Origin: Candidatus Uhrbacteria bacterium
GTDB taxonomy: Bacteria > Patescibacteriota > Patescibacteriia > GWA2-47-26
DNA length: 64,000 bases
NCBI GenBank assembly: GCA_016187515.1
Contig: JACPJN010000006.1
Location: forward strand, 192,856 to 256,855
Reading direction: 5' to 3'
The translations under genes were made by a program, and so were the position numbers. The notes below the pieces were generated by a model, which was not told the origin of the DNA, searched no databases, and saw nothing but the letters and a program-made list of their open reading frames with translations. Below are positions 62,170 to 64,000 of the stretch, one piece after another. Each line of letters opens with the position of its first letter. Within the stretch, counting starts at the first letter, position 1.

Positions 62170-62922
62170 CAAATTTGTTATCCGCCTTAGGCGGAGCATG
62201 GACATTTCTGCCATGCTCTGCATGTCGCCATGCAGTTCGGACTATATCTTCTTGTCAACATGGTTGACGAGTTCGACGTATAGTCTCTGAGGGTTTTACT
62301 TTATCTCATCTAGTGGTCGCTTTCGATAGCGACCGGCACCATTCATAGTATATGCAAGTTTGATAATTTTCATCAAACCGTCTTTCCTTCGGTGTTGATT
62401 ATCTGACATCATGCGAACTACTTCCGCAAATATCTGAAAATCTTTTACCTTTTCCGTACACAGTGCATGGGCACGGAAAAAAGGAATAATTTTGGTGAGG
62501 AGATCGTTGCGATCTCGCACCACATATACATAGGTACTGTCTCGTGGATTTGTTGGATGATTTGCCTTCACATATCCGCAACGAAAGAATGAAACAAGCG
62601 CATCAAGCACTCGCCGACTTGATATTCGTTGTGACACATGAAATTCTGGAATAATTTTCCAGCCGGTTGTCATGCGCGGGTCTTTATACGCCGCGATATG
62701 AAAACTCCCTTCCCCATCAACAAAACCAGTTACGTACCATGGTTTTAGACGATAACGTAATCTTCCCTGCTGATTATCTGCACTCAACACTTTTTCACCT
62801 GACATACCTCTATAGTATACCAGGTAGTGTGAGATTCTTCAAACTCCTACTCCTGTTTGGAGTTTTGCCAGAACTTCCAGCATATAGTCGAATTTATAGA
62901 CAGCAAGGTCTTACTGTCTCAC
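62170..62922 (-). mobile_element. group I intron in 23S rRNA (after about U2604, E. coli numbering) carrying a LAGLIDADG homing endonuclease gene
   Basis: The exon junction is GTGAGACAGT|...|TCGGTCTCC. The intron ends in G (caaatttG). A conserved core AAGATATAGTCC sits near its 3' end. Confidence 0.55.
62296..62805 (-). CDS. LAGLIDADG homing endonuclease (intron-encoded)
   Basis: The LAGLIDADG motif reads YVTGFVDGEGSF. The protein is 169 aa. Confidence 0.8.
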   Translation of the reverse strand: MSGEKVLSADNQQGRLRYRLKPWYVTGFVDGEGSFHIAAYKDPRMTTGWKIIPEFHVSQRISSRRVLDALVSFFRCGYVKANHPTNPRDSTYVYVVRDRNDLLTKIIPFFRAHALCTEKVKDFQIFAEVVRMMSDNQHRRKDGLMKIIKLAYTMNGAGRYRKRPLDEIK

Positions 62923-62933
62923 GCATGTATTCC

Positions 62934-63164
<231 letters not shown>

Positions 63165-63177
63165 TGGCGAACAGCCA

Positions 63178-63224
<47 letters not shown>

Positions 63225-63633
63225 TACATTAATCCATAATTTCGTATGGTGCAGACTATATCTTCATCTTGCTCTGGATCGTAGTCCCGCGGACGCGGGA
63301 CATAATCTTCAGTTTGATGTTAGCAAGCGTCGGCGTATTATTCCTCTCCGCCACATGGCGGATATGGAATCTCCCCTTTCGGGTCAGTCGTTACGGGGTC
63401 ATTGTGAACATTTGACACTTGACCTTTGACATTTGACCAACCACTAAAAAGGTTGTCAATTGTCAGGTGTTAGATGTCATTTGTTACAAGCGGACTTCCC
63501 ACGGTATTGCCCTTCCGCTTGAGGCGGAGTCGGGGTTCACCGTTATAAGCCGATTTTATGGTCTCTATCTAACTATTTTGGTTTGACGAAAAAACCAGGA
63601 AACAAATCACTTTGCATGCACCCCGATATGTTA
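63225..63633 (-). mobile_element. group I intron in 23S rRNA at the L2449-equivalent site (no ORF)
   Basis: The exon junction is GGTTTGGCACCT|...|CGATGTCGGCTCATC. The intron is about 409 nt with the AGATATAGTC core element. Confidence 0.55.
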
Positions 63634-64000
63634 AGGTGCCAAACCTCCTCGTCGCTATGGGCGCTTGGAGGAGATCAGCCTGTTATCCCCGGAGTAGCTT
63701 TTATCCGATGAGCTTCAGCGGTCCTATGACCGACTGTCGGATCACTAACTTCTACTTTCGTATCTGCTCGTCTTGTAGGACTTGCAGTTAAGCCAGCTTT
63801 TGCGTTTGCACGTCATGCTCGATTTCCATCCGAGCTAAGCTGACCTTTGTAAACGCCTCCGTTACCTTTTAGGAGGCATCCGCCCCAGACAAACTGCCTA
63901 CCAGGCCCTGTTCCTCGGCGTCGATTCAGGCGCAAAGGTAAGGAGCAAATTATAGAAAGGGTGGTGTTTCATTGTCGCCCGCCTAACTTTTTGGACACCA

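Overview
The window is 64 kb at roughly 48-50% GC and is densely coding. It looks like a small-genome, CPR/Patescibacteria-like bacterium. That is an inference from three things seen here: a 23S rRNA interrupted by group I introns (one with a LAGLIDADG homing endonuclease), overlapping start/stop codons between genes, and a reduced sugar-phosphate-centred metabolism.

Recognisable content, in order:
- cca (CCA-adding enzyme) with an adjacent tRNA-Ile(UAU), then tRNA-Val, a DHH phosphoesterase and valS.
- A paralogous gene pair, a decayed VapBC-like locus plus a duplicated valS 3' fragment, then tyrS and argS (11-nt overlap).
- A cell-envelope cluster: GT4 glycosyltransferase, a DUF4012-like protein, a large membrane-anchored protein, and an O-antigen-ligase/TPR protein.
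- A small remnant island bounded by tRNA-Arg(CCG) fragments.
- femAB, a hicBA toxin-antitoxin pair, ruvA and ileS.
- A pentose-phosphate/glycolysis block (rpiB, rpe, split tkt, LOG, fba, two PfkB kinases) that carries inserted GxxExxY and four-helix-bundle genes.
- A PaaX-like regulator bracketed by identical hairpins, followed by a GC-rich foreign ORF.
- A 2-hydroxyacid dehydrogenase, an MBL hydrolase, tRNA-Ala and an EndoQ-like PHP protein.
- A citryl-CoA synthetase/lyase-like triad (SucC-like, SucD-like, citrate-synthase-like).
- GNAT, glmS flanked by two YvcK/CofD-like paralogs, a GlmU-like nucleotidyltransferase, TrmB and an EEP nuclease.
- A GC-richer sugar-phosphate island (PHP, APH-like kinase, HAD, Nudix, pfkA, PfkB-like).
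- An rRNA operon end on the minus strand: 5S, and the 23S 3' half with three introns.

The most unusual thing in the sequence is a family of GC-rich palindromic elements inserted in-frame in at least 16 places in essential genes, much as Rickettsia palindromic elements are. Alongside them there are heptanucleotide tandem repeats inside coding regions and inside the 23S rRNA, and 11-nt 'attcgtgag' repeat arrays sitting directly in front of start codons.
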